Assembly (NCBI RefSeq): GCF_000027125.1
Contig: NC_017626.1
Source of the DNA: Escherichia coli 042
GTDB taxonomy: Bacteria; Pseudomonadota; Gammaproteobacteria; Enterobacterales; Enterobacteriaceae
Reading direction: 5' to 3' (one strand)
DNA length: 64,000 bases
Below are positions 12,541 through 25,141 of the stretch, one piece after another; the first letter of the stretch is position 1; the number at the start of each line of letters is the position of its first letter. The notes under the pieces were generated by a model. That model saw only the letters and a list, made by a program, of their open reading frames with translations, had not been told where the DNA came from and ran no database searches. The position numbers and the translations under genes are program-made.

Positions 12541-13992
12541 TTAGCACAACGGACGTACAGCTTCGCGCATTCCTTTTTCGAGAATCACATCCAGGTCATT
12601 AGCCACCTGCTCGACCAGACCAGGCACTTGCGTCAGGTCCTGCTCCCAGTGGTCTTTTTCTGCCAACACAATCGCTACCAGTTCCTGGGTACCGATAACA
12701 CGGTCACGATGCTGGCTCCAGAGTTGCTGATAACGTTCCAGCCAGTGTGCATCGTCCTGTACCGGATATGTTTCTCCATTACGCTCACCGCGATAAAACG
12801 CAATCAATGCCGCTAATGCGAAAGTCAGGCGCGCCGGAAGTGTGCCGTTTGCCTTCTGCCCTGCCAGCAGCTGCGGCAGGATACGGGTGCGGAACTTGGT
12901 CATACCGTTAAGCGCGATAGACAGCAGCTGATGCTTGATGTACGGATTACGGAAACGTCCGGTGACTGCACTGGCGAAAGATTCCAGTTCATCACGAGGC
13001 AAATCCAGTACCGGAATAATCTCTTCGTAGATGGCTTTTTCAACGAATGCACAAATTTCAGCATCGTTCATCGCTTCACCTACAGTATCCAGCCCTGCCT
13101 GGAACGCCACCGGCACCAGCGCCGTGTGTGCACCGTTGAGGATTGCCACTTTGCGCTCTTTATACGGTTTAATATCGTCAACAATCAGCACGTTGAGCGG
13201 ATATTTGTCCAGACGCAGCTCAGTCGCTAAGGATTTCGGCCCCTGAATCACAAACAGGTAAAAGTGTTCAGCGGTGTCGAGGAAACCATCGTGATAACCC
13301 AGTTCTTCTTCCAGTTTAGCCACTTCATCACGCGGATAGCCGGTAACGATACGGTCCACCAGCGTAGAACAGAAGCTGTTAGCCTGATCCAGCCATTGAA
13401 TAAATGCTTCTGGTAGTGCCCACTCTTGCGCGTAGCGCAGCACCAGTTCACGCAGTGCATCGCCGTTATAGTCGATCAGTTCACATGGGATGATGATCCA
13501 ACCTTTATCCTGCGCTCCGTTGAAATGGCTAAAACGTTCGAACAGCAGACGGGTCAGTTTTGCCGGATAACTTACCGCTGGCGCGTCATCGAATTTATCG
13601 CCCGCATGGTAGCTGATACCCGCTTCGGTGGTGTTAGAGAAAACAAAGCGCATTTCCGGGTTGTGCGCCAGTTTCAGGAATTCATCGTATTCACTGTAGA
13701 CGCTGATTTCACGATTAACAGAGCGAATCAGACGCGCGTCGCTGACCGCTTCCCCCTTCTCGTTCAGACCACGGATAATGGTGGTGTACAGACCATCCTG
13801 CGTGCTCAGTGACGGCGGGAATGAAGTTTCAATCGGACGAACAACGACCACGCCAGAATTCAGATCGGTGTGCTCATTCAGGAGATCGATTTGCCAGTCA
13901 ACAAAGGCGCGCAGGAAGTTACCTTCACCAAACTGAATGATACGTTCTGGATACTTTGCACCGGGAAAATCGCGACGATTTAGTGTTTTCAC
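12541..13992 (-). CDS. uxaB: Altronate (tagaturonate) oxidoreductase
   Basis: 483-aa ORF, mannitol dehydrogenase family. Confidence 0.9.
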   Translation of the reverse strand: MKTLNRRDFPGAKYPERIIQFGEGNFLRAFVDWQIDLLNEHTDLNSGVVVVRPIETSFPPSLSTQDGLYTTIIRGLNEKGEAVSDARLIRSVNREISVYSEYDEFLKLAHNPEMRFVFSNTTEAGISYHAGDKFDDAPAVSYPAKLTRLLFERFSHFNGAQDKGWIIIPCELIDYNGDALRELVLRYAQEWALPEAFIQWLDQANSFCSTLVDRIVTGYPRDEVAKLEEELGYHDGFLDTAEHFYLFVIQGPKSLATELRLDKYPLNVLIVDDIKPYKERKVAILNGAHTALVPVAFQAGLDTVGEAMNDAEICAFVEKAIYEEIIPVLDLPRDELESFASAVTGRFRNPYIKHQLLSIALNGMTKFRTRILPQLLAGQKANGTLPARLTFALAALIAFYRGERNGETYPVQDDAHWLERYQQLWSQHRDRVIGTQELVAIVLAEKDHWEQDLTQVPGLVEQVANDLDVILEKGMREAVRPLC

Positions 13993-14218
13993 AATGGGTT
14001 CCCTTCTGATTAGTCATACAACCTGTTTGAATTGGTACGACAGGTTAGCAAACTTTAATACGCCGAACCCCTTTTTTGATCAACTCCTGATGATTAATGA
14101 GCAGTTTTATGAGAAAAGTGTGGCGCGGATCATGGTTTAATCGAGGAAACAGGCCTTTTCTTGGATCATAAAGTGGTAGAACACATTGCATTTAAATCGC
14201 TCTGAGTAAATAAAGATG

Positions 14219-15637
14219 TCAGACAACTTCCTCACCGTAACGCATAGTGCTGGTACGGTTGCGCCCATCTTTCTTCGAGCGATACAGACACGTATCGGCT
14301 TCGACCATCAATTTATTAAAGTCATCGGTCAGCGTTCGGTACGATGCGCATCCACTACCGACGCCAATACTTACCGTGAGATAAAGCGTTTTTTGTTGCC
14401 AGGTGAACGGTTGCAATTCAACGCCTTTACGGATTTTTTCCGCCATTAGCAAACCATCGACAGGATTCACCGACGGCACTGCAACAGCAAATTCTTCGCC
14501 GCCCATTCGCGCCACCAGCCCCTTATCACCGACAATCTTCTGAATATGCTGGGCAAACACGCTTAACACTTTATCGCCACATTCATGTCCATAGTTATCG
14601 TTAATGCTTTTGAAATAGTCGATATCAAGCAGCATGACAGTCAGATGTTGTGTCTGTTTCAGCGATGGACTTTTCAGCGCCTCATAAAGACCGGACCGTG
14701 AGTAAACCTGAGTCAGAAAATCAAAGTCGGCTCGCAGCGCAACTTGCTTCATTAGCGAATTGATCGCTGCCACGCTAAAAGAAACCATAATTGGGCATAT
14801 CGCCATCGTGGCAATACCGAGACGTGCGGAGAACATTTGCGGAATGGAGAACGGCGAACCGACCGAGATATCAATCACTGAATTTGCCACCAGTACGATT
14901 TCCACCGCACCGGTGACAAAGGTCAACAGACATGTTACCTGCGGCGTATAGCGCACTGCACACCAGATTAATGCAGGCAGCGGGAACGCCAGACTCCCCG
15001 CTCCGCCAATGACTACCGAGGCAATAACCGACACAATAAGCGCGATAGCGGGCATCATCTGTTCTGCTTTAAAGCGCGGCAGCACTCCAGGAATTGCCAA
15101 CGTCAGCATACAAGGCACGATCAACACGCCCGTTGAGAATTGCTCACTGAACCAGTCGGCAAGCAAAGGCCAGAAATCCAGACTATCAATACTGACCGAA
15201 CCAATCGCCCCGACAATAGCGCATAATAATGCGGCAATCAGACAGTAATTAAATAGCCGTAAGGCACTTACTGGCTCATACTTATTTTTCCCCAGACGCT
15301 TATCCCGCGCGACCAGTAAGGCGACGGTAACAATAAACATCATATTGGAGAAATTGATAGCCAGTGAAACCAGCCCCCATTCGGTGGTTATGGCATCATA
15401 AACCAGCATTGCCACATAACTGATCGCATAGTAATGCAGTCGATTAAGCCAGACATAGCGGGCAAACACCCCCGCCATTACGCCATTCAGCGGCCAGAAA
15501 AGAGAAAGTTCGTGAACCAGCCGTAACTCTGCACCAATAAAATAGAACAGCGTGGTTAGCGCAAAAATAGCGATGCTATTACGTAGCAGATGACCTTCCT
15601 GGAACAAACGGAAAGTTGAAATGGGCTGTACATGCAT
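14219..15637 (-). CDS. dgcF: Membrane-anchored diguanylate cyclase (GGDEF domain)
   Basis: 472-aa ORF with an N-terminal multi-TM domain and a C-terminal GGDEF domain (RMGGEEFAV). Confidence 0.85.
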   Translation of the reverse strand: MHVQPISTFRLFQEGHLLRNSIAIFALTTLFYFIGAELRLVHELSLFWPLNGVMAGVFARYVWLNRLHYYAISYVAMLVYDAITTEWGLVSLAINFSNMMFIVTVALLVARDKRLGKNKYEPVSALRLFNYCLIAALLCAIVGAIGSVSIDSLDFWPLLADWFSEQFSTGVLIVPCMLTLAIPGVLPRFKAEQMMPAIALIVSVIASVVIGGAGSLAFPLPALIWCAVRYTPQVTCLLTFVTGAVEIVLVANSVIDISVGSPFSIPQMFSARLGIATMAICPIMVSFSVAAINSLMKQVALRADFDFLTQVYSRSGLYEALKSPSLKQTQHLTVMLLDIDYFKSINDNYGHECGDKVLSVFAQHIQKIVGDKGLVARMGGEEFAVAVPSVNPVDGLLMAEKIRKGVELQPFTWQQKTLYLTVSIGVGSGCASYRTLTDDFNKLMVEADTCLYRSKKDGRNRTSTMRYGEEVV

Positions 15638-15775
15638 TAATTATCTGTCCATACAATTGCGGGTGGCAATTATCTCAACGTAATAAGTAAATTCTTATAA
15701 AGGATAGCATGTTCGCTGACAGCGGCGGCAAATAAAGATATCCTGGGAATGCTATTTTATCGTTTTCCGCGATTA

Positions 15776-16135
15776 TCATGGCTGATTCATCTGTATAACC
15801 AACCAGTGATAGATTACCGCCACGATATAACGTTGTTGTTCCTCGCTTAACGAAACACCCTGCGGAATGTTATGCCACTTAGCCAGACAACCGCGACAAC
15901 AGGTTGCAGTGGCGTGCTGAGCGATAAACACCGGATGCCCGCGCATGGGGGTTTGCTTACCGTCGTTAGCCGGTAATGCCGGAGCAAGACGTTTAGCGAC
16001 AAAATCCGCCGCATGTTGTTCGATGACTGGCGCGCCTTTCTCCAGACAATACTGACGCTCTTTCACACCCAAACGAAAGCGAGAGCGAAATTTTGAACGG
16101 GATAAACGCGCGAAGAGTGGATCGAGAGACTGCAT
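15776..16135 (-). CDS. yneG: DUF4186-family protein
   Basis: 119-aa ORF immediately downstream of glsB, same strand. Confidence 0.8.
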   Translation of the reverse strand: MQSLDPLFARLSRSKFRSRFRLGVKERQYCLEKGAPVIEQHAADFVAKRLAPALPANDGKQTPMRGHPVFIAQHATATCCRGCLAKWHNIPQGVSLSEEQQRYIVAVIYHWLVIQMNQP

Positions 16136-17061
16136 TAATAAACCGAACGCCCTAATTGTTTCGTCAATTGTTCAAGGACAGCAATGCCCGCAAGCGAGTT
16201 ACCGGCATCATCCAGTTCCGGGCTCCAGACTGCGATGGCCATTTCATGCGGAACAATCGCCACAATACCGCCACCAACGCCAGATTTTGCCGGTAGTCCC
16301 ACCCGCCAGGCAAACTCCCCCGCGTTCTGGTACATACCACTGGTCGCCATCAGCGCATTAATTTGCCGCGCCTGCATCGGCGTCACCACGGGTTCATCAA
16401 TATGAATAGCTTTCCCCTGATTAGCCAGAAAGACAAACGTCCGGGCCAGCTCTACACAGCTCATTTTCAGAGCGCAGTAATGAAAGTAGTTTTGCAGAAC
16501 GGTTGTCACATCATGATGGAAATTGCCAAACGACTTCATCAGCCAGGCGATAGCCGCATTTCGCGCGGAATGTTCAAATTCGGAACGCGCTACCACCGTA
16601 TCGTATGAAATATCAGACACACCGCTTAAGCCGCGCACGACTTCCAGCATACGTTGCCGAGGAGCGCTTAATCGCCCTTGCAACATATCGCAGACCACCA
16701 GCGCACCGGCATTAATAAACGGATTACGCGGAATACCCTGCTCCATTTCCAGTTGCACTAAAGAATTGAACGGTGATCCAGACGGATCTTTGCCGACGCG
16801 TTGCCAGATTTCCTCTTCGGAGTAATGACGCATGGCGACAACGAGACTCAGCACTTTGGAAATAGACTGAATGGAAAAACGTTCTTGTGCATCTCCGGCC
16901 TGAAAAAGCTGTCCGTCAACTGTACAGATAGCAATGCCCAGCCGGGAACCGTCTACCGTAGCCAGCGCCGGAATATAATCCGCGACTTTACCCTGACCAA
17001 TGAGCGGCCGCACTTGCCGCAAGATGTTTTCTAAAATTGCATTATCCATGGCGACTGCCAC
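16135..17061 (-). CDS. glsB: Glutaminase 2
   Basis: 308-aa ORF, serine-dependent glutaminase family. Confidence 0.9.
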   Translation of the reverse strand: MAVAMDNAILENILRQVRPLIGQGKVADYIPALATVDGSRLGIAICTVDGQLFQAGDAQERFSIQSISKVLSLVVAMRHYSEEEIWQRVGKDPSGSPFNSLVQLEMEQGIPRNPFINAGALVVCDMLQGRLSAPRQRMLEVVRGLSGVSDISYDTVVARSEFEHSARNAAIAWLMKSFGNFHHDVTTVLQNYFHYCALKMSCVELARTFVFLANQGKAIHIDEPVVTPMQARQINALMATSGMYQNAGEFAWRVGLPAKSGVGGGIVAIVPHEMAIAVWSPELDDAGNSLAGIAVLEQLTKQLGRSVY

Positions 17062-17124
17062 TTTCTACTCCTGGACCGCAGGTCTGAAAAGACCTGCGAG
17101 TATATCAGAGCTGAATATGTAGCG

Positions 17125-18513
17125 TCAGATCCGGTCTTTCCACACCGTCTGGATATTACAGAATTCGTGTAAGCCGAAATGGGAAAGCTCACGACCAAAG
17201 CCACTCTTCTTCACGCCACCAAAGGCCACTCGCGCGTCGCTGGCACAATAACCATTGATAAACACCCCACCGCATTCCAGACGTGCCGCCATCTGTCTGG
17301 CCTGTGTTTCGTCGGTGGTGAAAATGGTCGCTGAAAGGCCGAACTCACTATCATTAGCCAGTTCCAGCGCATGTTCTGCATCTTTCGCAATGGTGATTGC
17401 AGCAACGGGGCCAAACATTTCTTCCCGAAACGCGGTCATTTCTGGGGTAACATTCGCCAGAACCGTTGGCGGATAGTAGTTACCTGCCCCAGCCATCTTT
17501 TCCCCGCCCAGTAACAAACGCGCACCCTGCGCCAGGGTTTTCTCCACCTGATGATGCAGCTCATCACGTAAATCAAAACGAGCCATTGGTCCGAGAGTGT
17601 TCTCTTCGTCACGGGGATCGCCCATTTTCAAGGCTGCCGCAGCTGCCACAAAACGTTCGGTAAATGCCGAAGCAATTCCCTCTTCGATAATAAAGCGTTT
17701 TGCAGCTGCACAAACCTGTCCGGTATTCTGATAACGTCCGGCTACCGCCGCTTTAACCGCCAGTTCCAGATCGGCATCGTTAAGCACAATAAATGGATCC
17801 GAACCGCCCAGTTCCAGTACGCATTTTTTCAGTGCCGCTCCAGCCTGTGCGCCAATAGCCGCTCCCGCACGAACACTTCCGGTCACCGTGACAGCAGCAA
17901 TGCGCGAGTCTTTAATCATCTGACTGACGCCGTCGTTGTCGGCATTCAGCCAGCCATATACGCCTTGTGGGATACCCGCATCTTTAAACACCTGGGCAAT
18001 GAGCTGTGCACAGCCCATCACATTCGGCGCATGTTTAAGTAAGTAGCCGTTACCTGCAAGAATGATGGGAACCGCGCCACGCATCACCTGCCATAACGGA
18101 AAATTCCACGGCATAATCGCCAGAATTGTCCCCAACGGTCGATACTCAATAACTGCCTGCTGATTTTCCACCAGCGTAGGTTCCGCCTTCAGCATTGCCG
18201 GACCATGTTCTGCATACCAGTCACACAAATTCGCCGATTTCGCCACTTCAGCGCGCGCCTGGTTGATTGGTTTGCCCATTTCACGGGTGATCATTTGCGC
18301 CATTTCTTCGCTACGGACACGCAGAGCCTTACCGATATCACGCAGTTTTTCAGCACGATAATCTATATTTGTCTCGCGCCAGTCGCGAAAGCCTGCTGCC
18401 GCCAGCTGAAGTGCGTTTTCGATATCATCAGCGCCAGCCCACGGCAGCACAGAAAGTTGTTCACCGGTGGCAGGATTTATCGAAATTGCATGAGTTTCCG
18501 GAGTAATGGTCAT
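17125..18513 (-). CDS. sad: NAD-dependent succinate-semialdehyde dehydrogenase
   Basis: Aldehyde dehydrogenase motifs (ELGG, catalytic Cys region); start placed at the internal Met giving 462 aa. Confidence 0.85.
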   Translation of the reverse strand: MTITPETHAISINPATGEQLSVLPWAGADDIENALQLAAAGFRDWRETNIDYRAEKLRDIGKALRVRSEEMAQMITREMGKPINQARAEVAKSANLCDWYAEHGPAMLKAEPTLVENQQAVIEYRPLGTILAIMPWNFPLWQVMRGAVPIILAGNGYLLKHAPNVMGCAQLIAQVFKDAGIPQGVYGWLNADNDGVSQMIKDSRIAAVTVTGSVRAGAAIGAQAGAALKKCVLELGGSDPFIVLNDADLELAVKAAVAGRYQNTGQVCAAAKRFIIEEGIASAFTERFVAAAAALKMGDPRDEENTLGPMARFDLRDELHHQVEKTLAQGARLLLGGEKMAGAGNYYPPTVLANVTPEMTAFREEMFGPVAAITIAKDAEHALELANDSEFGLSATIFTTDETQARQMAARLECGGVFINGYCASDARVAFGGVKKSGFGRELSHFGLHEFCNIQTVWKDRI

Positions 18514-18613
18514 CGGGGTATCTCCTTTATGAGTCATTGTATGAAGATACGCAGATTTACTCTTGCTTTAAAATGAATAATATTAAGCCACTTATTCACG
18601 AATCGAGAATATT

Positions 18614-19489
18614 ATGGATCTGACCCAACTGGAGATGTTCAACGCGGTTGCCGAAGCTGGCAGCATAACCCAGGCTGCAGCAAAAGTGCATCGCGTGCCG
18701 TCGAATCTCACTACCCGTCTACGCCAGCTGGAAACAGAACTGGGGGTTGATCTGTTTATTCGCGAGAATCAGCGTTTACGTCTCTCTCCTGCCGGGCATA
18801 ACTTTTTACGCTATAGCCAACAAATTCTCGCGTTAGTGGATGAAGCGCGGAGCGTTGTCGCTGGCGATGAGCCGCAAGGTTTATTTTCTCTTGGTTCGCT
18901 GGAAAGCACCGCTGCAGTGCGCATTCCGGCCACGCTGGCGGAATTTAAGCGTCGTTATCCCAAAATTCAGTTTTCACTTTCCACCGGCCCTTCCGGCACT
19001 ATGCTGGAAGGTGTGCTGGAGGGAAAACTGAATGCAGCGTTTATTGATGGGCCCATTAACCATACTGCCATTGACGGGATACCGGTGTACCGCGAGGAGC
19101 TGATGATCGTCACGCCACAAGGACATGCGCCAGTAACCCGCGCCAGTCAGGTTAATGGCAGTAACATTTATGCCTTCCGCGCCAATTGTTCGTATCGTCG
19201 CCACTTCGAGAGCTGGTTTCATGCTGACGGTGCCGCTCCGGGAACTATCCATGAGATGGAGTCTTATCACGGAATGTTGGCCTGTGTGGTCGCAGGAGCA
19301 GGTATTGCGCTTATTCCGCGCTCTATGCTGGAAAGTATGCCGGGGCATCACCAGGTTGAAGCGTGGCCGTTAGCTGAGCAATGGCGTTGGTTAACAACCT
19401 GGCTGGTCTGGCGTCGCGGTGCGAAAACGCGTCCGCTTGAGGCATTTATTCAACTACTGGATGTGTCTGACTCGGCAAAACAGAGTTAG
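18614..19489 (+). CDS. yneJ: LysR-family transcriptional regulator
   Basis: 291-aa ORF with N-terminal HTH; divergent from sad. Confidence 0.85.
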   Translation: MDLTQLEMFNAVAEAGSITQAAAKVHRVPSNLTTRLRQLETELGVDLFIRENQRLRLSPAGHNFLRYSQQILALVDEARSVVAGDEPQGLFSLGSLESTAAVRIPATLAEFKRRYPKIQFSLSTGPSGTMLEGVLEGKLNAAFIDGPINHTAIDGIPVYREELMIVTPQGHAPVTRASQVNGSNIYAFRANCSYRRHFESWFHADGAAPGTIHEMESYHGMLACVVAGAGIALIPRSMLESMPGHHQVEAWPLAEQWRWLTTWLVWRRGAKTRPLEAFIQLLDVSDSAKQS

Positions 19490-19572
19490 CAATGAGCTAT
19501 TTTTGATAGTTCTTGCGGCTAATATGCTCTATATAGTGATGCTCCGATGACTTATGACTATATGGGGCAAAT

Positions 19573-20688
19573 ATGGTTACGCCAGTAAGCATCAGCAATT
19601 ACATATCTCTTCCTTATGATTTTCCCGTTCGTAATATTGCACCTCAGGTAAAAGAAGTTTTAAAGGATTTTATTGATGCGCTAAGTACAATAATATGTGA
19701 TGAAGAGTGGCGTACGTCTTTAAACATCAGCTCAGCCACAAAAAAGATATTTAATAACCTTGATAACTTATCATATATTCAGAGAACCTCTTTCCGGGGT
19801 AACGACACGCTATACAATGAAAAAGTTCAATTTAAACTCACTTATCCTGCCAGGAATGGAAGACACAAAGAAAATATTGAATTTCAGGTAGTAATAAATT
19901 TAAGCCCTATTTATTTAGATAATTTCCGCCATGATGGGGAAATTAATATTTTTTGCGCTCCCAACCCAAAGCCTGTCACTATGGGGCGCGTATTTCAGAC
20001 TGGCGTCGAGCGTGTGCTCTTTCTGTTTCTGAATGACTTTATAGAACAATTTCCAATGATCAACCCTGGCGTTCCTATCAAAAGAGCGCATACGCCACAT
20101 ATTGAACCCCTGCATCCGGATCACCATACCGCTGCAGATTACTTACGCCAGTTTGATTTGCTTGTCCTGAATTTTATCTCTCGCGGTAATTTTGTCATAC
20201 TCCCCCGATTATGGAATAACTCTGAGGTTCACAGATGGTTCGGGAATAAAGAACCTAACTTGCTCACCGCTATTCTCGACATAACGGACAGCGAATTAAA
20301 AGAGGATTTATTGCAAAGCCTGATGGATTCACTAGGTTCTAACAAACATGTACTACCCGAAGCCTGCATCTGCTTTTTATCCCTTTTAACAGAACAAGAT
20401 TTTCCACATTTTCAGGACTTGTTTTTATTTTTCGCCAATATGTTATTGCACTATCACCAATTTATGAATCCCAATGAAAGTGATTTGATTGACGTGTTGA
20501 TGCCAGCATCATTAAGTGATGATAAAATTATCAAACATATGGCGCGCAGGACCCTCAAACTTTTTGTAAAAAATGAAACGCCGCCAAAAGTTACTCACGA
20601 AGACCTGGTGAAAAACAGGCCTCGCTCCCCTGTCAGATCACCTATACCCGCAACCGCCAAAACGCCAGACCTCCCTGAACGTCATTAA
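19573..20688 (+). CDS. yneK: Uncharacterised protein
   Basis: 371-aa ORF at the K-12 yneK position; low-GC codon usage. Confidence 0.75.
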   Translation: MVTPVSISNYISLPYDFPVRNIAPQVKEVLKDFIDALSTIICDEEWRTSLNISSATKKIFNNLDNLSYIQRTSFRGNDTLYNEKVQFKLTYPARNGRHKENIEFQVVINLSPIYLDNFRHDGEINIFCAPNPKPVTMGRVFQTGVERVLFLFLNDFIEQFPMINPGVPIKRAHTPHIEPLHPDHHTAADYLRQFDLLVLNFISRGNFVILPRLWNNSEVHRWFGNKEPNLLTAILDITDSELKEDLLQSLMDSLGSNKHVLPEACICFLSLLTEQDFPHFQDLFLFFANMLLHYHQFMNPNESDLIDVLMPASLSDDKIIKHMARRTLKLFVKNETPPKVTHEDLVKNRPRSPVRSPIPATAKTPDLPERH

Positions 20689-20837
20689 ACCGTGATGTTA
20701 CCGACTCTCTGACGCGGAACAGAATCAGCGTCAGAGAAACGGAAAACGCGATCCAGATCACAAATGCATTGTATTCACATCATTAACCGTTTTAAGATCA
20801 TTTCATCACTTTTTCGCAACTCACCCGATAATCTGTT

Positions 20838-22028
20838 ATGACAACAAACACTGTTTCCCGCAAAGTGGCGTGGCTACGGGTCGTTACGCTGGCAGTCGCC
20901 GCCTTCATCTTCAACACCACCGAATTTGTCCCTGTTGGCCTGCTCTCTGACATTGCGCAAAGTTTTCACATGCAAACCGCTCAGGTCGGCATCATGTTGA
21001 CGATTTATGCATGGGTAGTGGCGCTAATGTCATTGCCTTTTATGTTAATGACCAGTCAGGTTGAACGGCGCAAATTACTGATCTGCCTGTTTGTGGTGTT
21101 TATTGCCAGCCACGTACTGTCGTTTTTGTCGTGGAGCTTTACCGTTCTGGTGATCAGTCGCATTGGTGTGGCTTTTGCACATGCGATTTTCTGGTCGATT
21201 ACGGCGTCTCTGGCGATCCGTATGGCTCCGGCCGGGAAGCGAGCGCAGGCATTGAGTTTAATTGCCACCGGTACAGCACTGGCAATGGTATTAGGTTTAC
21301 CTCTCGGGCGCATTGTGGGGCAGTATTTTGGCTGGCGAATGACCTTCTTCGCGATTGGTATCGGGGCGTTTATTACCCTTTTGTGCCTGATTAAGTTACT
21401 TCCCTTACTGCCCAGTGAGCATTCCGGTTCGCTGAAAAGCCTACCGCTATTATTCCGCCGCCCGGCATTGATGAGCATTTATTTGTTAACTGTGGTGGTT
21501 GTCACCGCCCATTACACGGCATACAGCTATATCGAGCCTTTTGTGCAAAACATTGCGGGATTCAGCGCCAACTTTGCCACGGCATTACTGTTATTACTCG
21601 GTGGTGCGGGCATTATTGGCAGCGTGATTTTCGGTAAACTGGGTAATCAGTATGCGTCTGCGTTGGTAAGTACGGCGATTGCGCTGTTGCTGGTGTGCCT
21701 GGCACTGCTGCTACCTGCGGCGAACAGTGAAATACACCTCGGGGTGCTGAGTATTTTCTGGGGGATAGCGATGATGATCATCGGGCTTGGTATGCAGGTT
21801 AAAGTGCTGGCGCTGGCACCAGATGCTACCGACGTCGCGATGGCGCTATTCTCTGGGATATTTAATATTGGAATCGGCGCGGGTGCGTTGGTAGGTAATC
21901 AGGTCAGTCTGCACTGGTCAATGTCGATGATTGGTTATGTGGGCGCGGTGCCTGCTTTTGCCGCGTTAATATGGTCAATCATCATTTTCCGCCGCTGGCC
22001 AGTGACACTCGAAGAACAGACGCAATAG
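20838..22028 (+). CDS. ydeA: MFS sugar efflux transporter
   Basis: 396-aa ORF with 12 predicted TM segments. Confidence 0.88.
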   Translation: MTTNTVSRKVAWLRVVTLAVAAFIFNTTEFVPVGLLSDIAQSFHMQTAQVGIMLTIYAWVVALMSLPFMLMTSQVERRKLLICLFVVFIASHVLSFLSWSFTVLVISRIGVAFAHAIFWSITASLAIRMAPAGKRAQALSLIATGTALAMVLGLPLGRIVGQYFGWRMTFFAIGIGAFITLLCLIKLLPLLPSEHSGSLKSLPLLFRRPALMSIYLLTVVVVTAHYTAYSYIEPFVQNIAGFSANFATALLLLLGGAGIIGSVIFGKLGNQYASALVSTAIALLLVCLALLLPAANSEIHLGVLSIFWGIAMMIIGLGMQVKVLALAPDATDVAMALFSGIFNIGIGAGALVGNQVSLHWSMSMIGYVGAVPAFAALIWSIIIFRRWPVTLEEQTQ

Positions 22029-22032
22029 TTGA

Positions 22033-22055
22033 AAGGCCCATTCGGGCCTTTTTTA
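22033..22055 (+). terminator. Rho-independent terminator after ydeA (shared convergent terminator with marC)
   Basis: Stem aggccc/gggcct followed by TTTTTT. Confidence 0.6.
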
Positions 22056-22718
22056 GTGGTACGTTTTAATGATTTCCAGGATGCCGTTAATAATAAACTG
22101 CACCCCCATACATACCAGCAGGAATCCCATCAGACGGGAGATCGCTTCAATGCCCCCCTTACCCACCAGCCGCATAATTGCGCCAGAGCTGCGTAGACTT
22201 CCCCACAAAATAACCGCCACCAGGAAAAAGATCAGCGGCGGCGCAACCATCAGTACCCAATCAGCAAAGGTTGAACTCTGACGCACTGTGGACGCCGAGC
22301 TAATAATCATCGCTATGGTTCCCGGACCGGCGGTACTTGGCATTGCCAGTGGTACAAAAGCAATATTGGCGCTGGGTTCATCTTCCAGCTCTTCCGACTT
22401 GCTTTTCGCTTCCGGTGAATCAATTGCTTTCTGTTGCGGAAAGAGCATTCGAAAACCGATAAACGCGACGATTAAGCCGCCTGCAATTCGCAGACCGGGA
22501 ATCGAAATGCCAAATGTATCCATCACCAGTTGCCCGGCGTAATACGCCACCATCATGATGGCAAAGACGTACACCGAGGCCATCAACGACTGACGATTAC
22601 GTTCGGCACTGTTCATGTTGCCTGCCAGGCCAAGAAATAACGCGACAGTTGTTAATGGGTTAGCTAACGGTAGTAACACCACCAGCCCCAGGCCAATTGC
22701 TTTAAATAAATCTAACAT
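22053..22718 (-). CDS. marC: MarC-family inner membrane protein
   Basis: 221-aa membrane ORF divergent from marRAB. Confidence 0.9.
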   Translation of the reverse strand: MLDLFKAIGLGLVVLLPLANPLTTVALFLGLAGNMNSAERNRQSLMASVYVFAIMMVAYYAGQLVMDTFGISIPGLRIAGGLIVAFIGFRMLFPQQKAIDSPEAKSKSEELEDEPSANIAFVPLAMPSTAGPGTIAMIISSASTVRQSSTFADWVLMVAPPLIFFLVAVILWGSLRSSGAIMRLVGKGGIEAISRLMGFLLVCMGVQFIINGILEIIKTYH

Positions 22719-22831
22719 TGGTGGTTGTTATCCTGTGTATCTGGGTTATCAGCGAAAAGTATAAGGGGTAAACAACGATAAAGTGTCACTCTTTAGCTAG
22801 CCTTGCATCGCACTGACCAAAACTTGAACCG

Positions 22832-22929
22832 ATTTAGCAAAACGTGGCATCGGTCAATTCATTCATTTGACTTATACTTGCCTGGGCAATATTATCCCCT
22901 GCAACTAATTACTTGCCAGGGCAACTAAT
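22832..22929 (+). promoter_or_regulatory. marO: marbox, marRAB promoter and two MarR operator sites
   Basis: Marbox-like atttagcaaaacgtggcatc (22832-22851); -35 ttgact (22867-22872) and -10 tatact (22874-22879); palindromes tacttgcctgggcaatat (site I) and ttacttgccagggcaactaa (site II, overlapping the marR GTG start). Confidence 0.75.
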
Positions 22930-23364
22930 GTGAAAAGTACCAGCGATCTGTTCAATGAAATTATTCCATTGGGTCGCTTAATCCATATGGTTAATCAGAA
23001 GAAAGATCGCCTGCTTAACGAGTATCTGTCTCCGCTGGATATTACCGCGGCACAGTTTAAGGTGCTCTGCTCTATCCGCTGCGCGGCGTGTATTACTCCG
23101 GTTGAACTGAAAAAAGTGTTATCGGTCGACCTGGGGGCGCTGACCCGTATGCTGGATCGCCTGGTCTGTAAAGGCTGGGTGGAAAGGTTGCCGAACCCGA
23201 ATGACAAGCGCGGCGTACTGGTAAAACTTACCACCAGCGGCGCGGCAATATGTGAACAATGCCATCAATTAGTTGGCCAGGACCTGCACCAAGAATTAAC
23301 AAAAAACCTGACGGCGGACGAAGTGGCAACACTTGAGCATTTGCTTAAGAAAGTCCTGCCGTAA
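22930..23364 (+). CDS. marR: Multiple antibiotic resistance repressor (MarR family)
   Basis: 144-aa ORF with GTG start and winged-helix domain. Confidence 0.92.
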
Positions 23365-23383
23365 ACAAAAAAGAGGTATGACG

Positions 23384-23767
23384 ATGTCCAGACGCAATAC
23401 TGACGCTATTACCATTCATAGCATTTTGGACTGGATCGAGGACAACCTGGAATCGCCACTGTCACTGGAGAAAGTGTCAGAGCGTTCGGGTTACTCTAAA
23501 TGGCACCTGCAACGGATGTTTAAAAAAGAAACCGGTCATTCATTAGGCCAATACATCCGCAGCCGTAAGATGACGGAAATCGCGCAAAAGCTGAAGGAAA
23601 GTAACGAGCCGATACTCTATCTGGCAGAACGATATGGCTTCGAGTCGCAACAAACTCTGACCCGAACCTTCAAAAATTACTTTGATGTTCCGCCGCATAA
23701 ATACCGGATGACCAATATGCAGGGCGAATCGCGCTTTTTACATCCATTAAATCATTACAACAGCTAG
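23384..23767 (+). CDS. marA: AraC/XylS-family transcriptional activator
   Basis: 127 aa from [19 protein letters not shown]...; two HTH motifs. Confidence 0.92.
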
Positions 23768-23798
23768 TTGATAACGTGACAACGTCACTGAGGCAATC

Positions 23799-24017
23799 AT
23801 GAAACCACTTTTATCCGCAATTGCAGCTGCGCTTATTCTCTTTTCCGCGCAGGGCGTTGCGGAACAAACCACGCAGCAGGTTGTTACTTCCTGTGCCAAT
23901 GTCGTGGTTGTTCCCCCATCGCATGAACAACCACCGTTTGATTTAAATCACATGGGTACTGGCAGTGATAAGTCGGATGCGCTCGGCGTGCCCTATTATA
24001 ATCAACACGCTATGTAG
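23799..24017 (+). CDS. marB: Small periplasmic protein MarB
   Basis: 72-aa ORF with signal peptide, last gene of marRAB. Confidence 0.88.
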   Translation: MKPLLSAIAAALILFSAQGVAEQTTQQVVTSCANVVVVPPSHEQPPFDLNHMGTGSDKSDALGVPYYNQHAM

Positions 24018-24047
24018 TTTGTTCTGGCCCCGACATATCGGGGCTTA

Positions 24048-24947
24048 TTAACTTCCCACTTTTACCGCTTTACGCCACCGCAAGCCAAATACATTGATAT
24101 ACAGCCCGGTCATAATGAGCACCGCACCGAAAAATTGCAGACCCGTTAAGCGTTCATCCAGCAATAGTGCCGCACTTGCCAGTCCTACTACGGGCACCAG
24201 TAACGATAACGGTGCAACCCGCCAGGTTTCATAGCGTCCCAGTAACGTCCCCCAGATCCCATAACCAACAATTGTCGCCACAAACGCCAGATACATCAGA
24301 GACAAGATGGTGGTCATATCGATAGTGACCAGACTGTGAATCATGGTTGCGGAACCATCGAGAATCAGCGAGGCAACAAAGAAGGGAATGATTGGGATTA
24401 ATGCGCTCCAGATTACCAGCGACATCACCGCCGGACGCGTTGAGTGCGACATGATCTTTTTATTGAAGATGTTGCCACACGCCCAACTAAATGCTGCCGC
24501 CAGGGTCAACATAAAGCCGAGCATCGCCACATGCTGACCGTTCAGACTATCTTCGATTAACACCAGTACGCCAAAAATCGCTAAGGCGATCCCCGCCAAT
24601 TGTTTGCCATGCAGTCGCTCACCGAAAGTAAACGCGCCAAGCACGATAGTAAAAAACGCCTGTGCCTGTAACACCAACGAAGCCAGACCAGCAGGCATAC
24701 CGAAGTTAATGGCACAAAAAAGAAAAGCAAACTGCGCAAAACTGATGGTTAATCCATACCCCAGCAGCAAATTCAGTGGTACTTTCGGTCGTGCGACAAA
24801 AAAGATAGCCGGAAAAGCAACCAGCATAAAGCGCAAACCGGCCAGCATCAGCGGTGGCATGTTATGAAGCCCCACTTTGATGACCACAAAATTTAGCCCC
24901 CATACGACCACTACCAGTAGCGCCAACACCCCATCTTTTCGCGACAT
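24048..24947 (-). CDS. eamA: Cysteine/O-acetylserine exporter (DMT/EamA family)
   Basis: Start placed at the internal Met giving 299 aa; ten TM helices typical of EamA. Confidence 0.85.
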   Translation of the reverse strand: MSRKDGVLALLVVVVWGLNFVVIKVGLHNMPPLMLAGLRFMLVAFPAIFFVARPKVPLNLLLGYGLTISFAQFAFLFCAINFGMPAGLASLVLQAQAFFTIVLGAFTFGERLHGKQLAGIALAIFGVLVLIEDSLNGQHVAMLGFMLTLAAAFSWACGNIFNKKIMSHSTRPAVMSLVIWSALIPIIPFFVASLILDGSATMIHSLVTIDMTTILSLMYLAFVATIVGYGIWGTLLGRYETWRVAPLSLLVPVVGLASAALLLDERLTGLQFFGAVLIMTGLYINVFGLRWRKAVKVGS

Positions 24948-25141
24948 TCTACCGCCTCTGAATTTCATCTTTTGTAAGCAATCAACTTAGCTGAATTTAC
25001 TTTTCTTTAACAGTTGATTCGTTAGTCACCCTTTACGACGGCATTAATGCGCAAATAAGTCGCTATACTTCGGATTTTTGCCATGCTATTTCTTTACATC
25101 TCTAAAACAAAACATAACGAAACGCACTGCCGGACAGACAA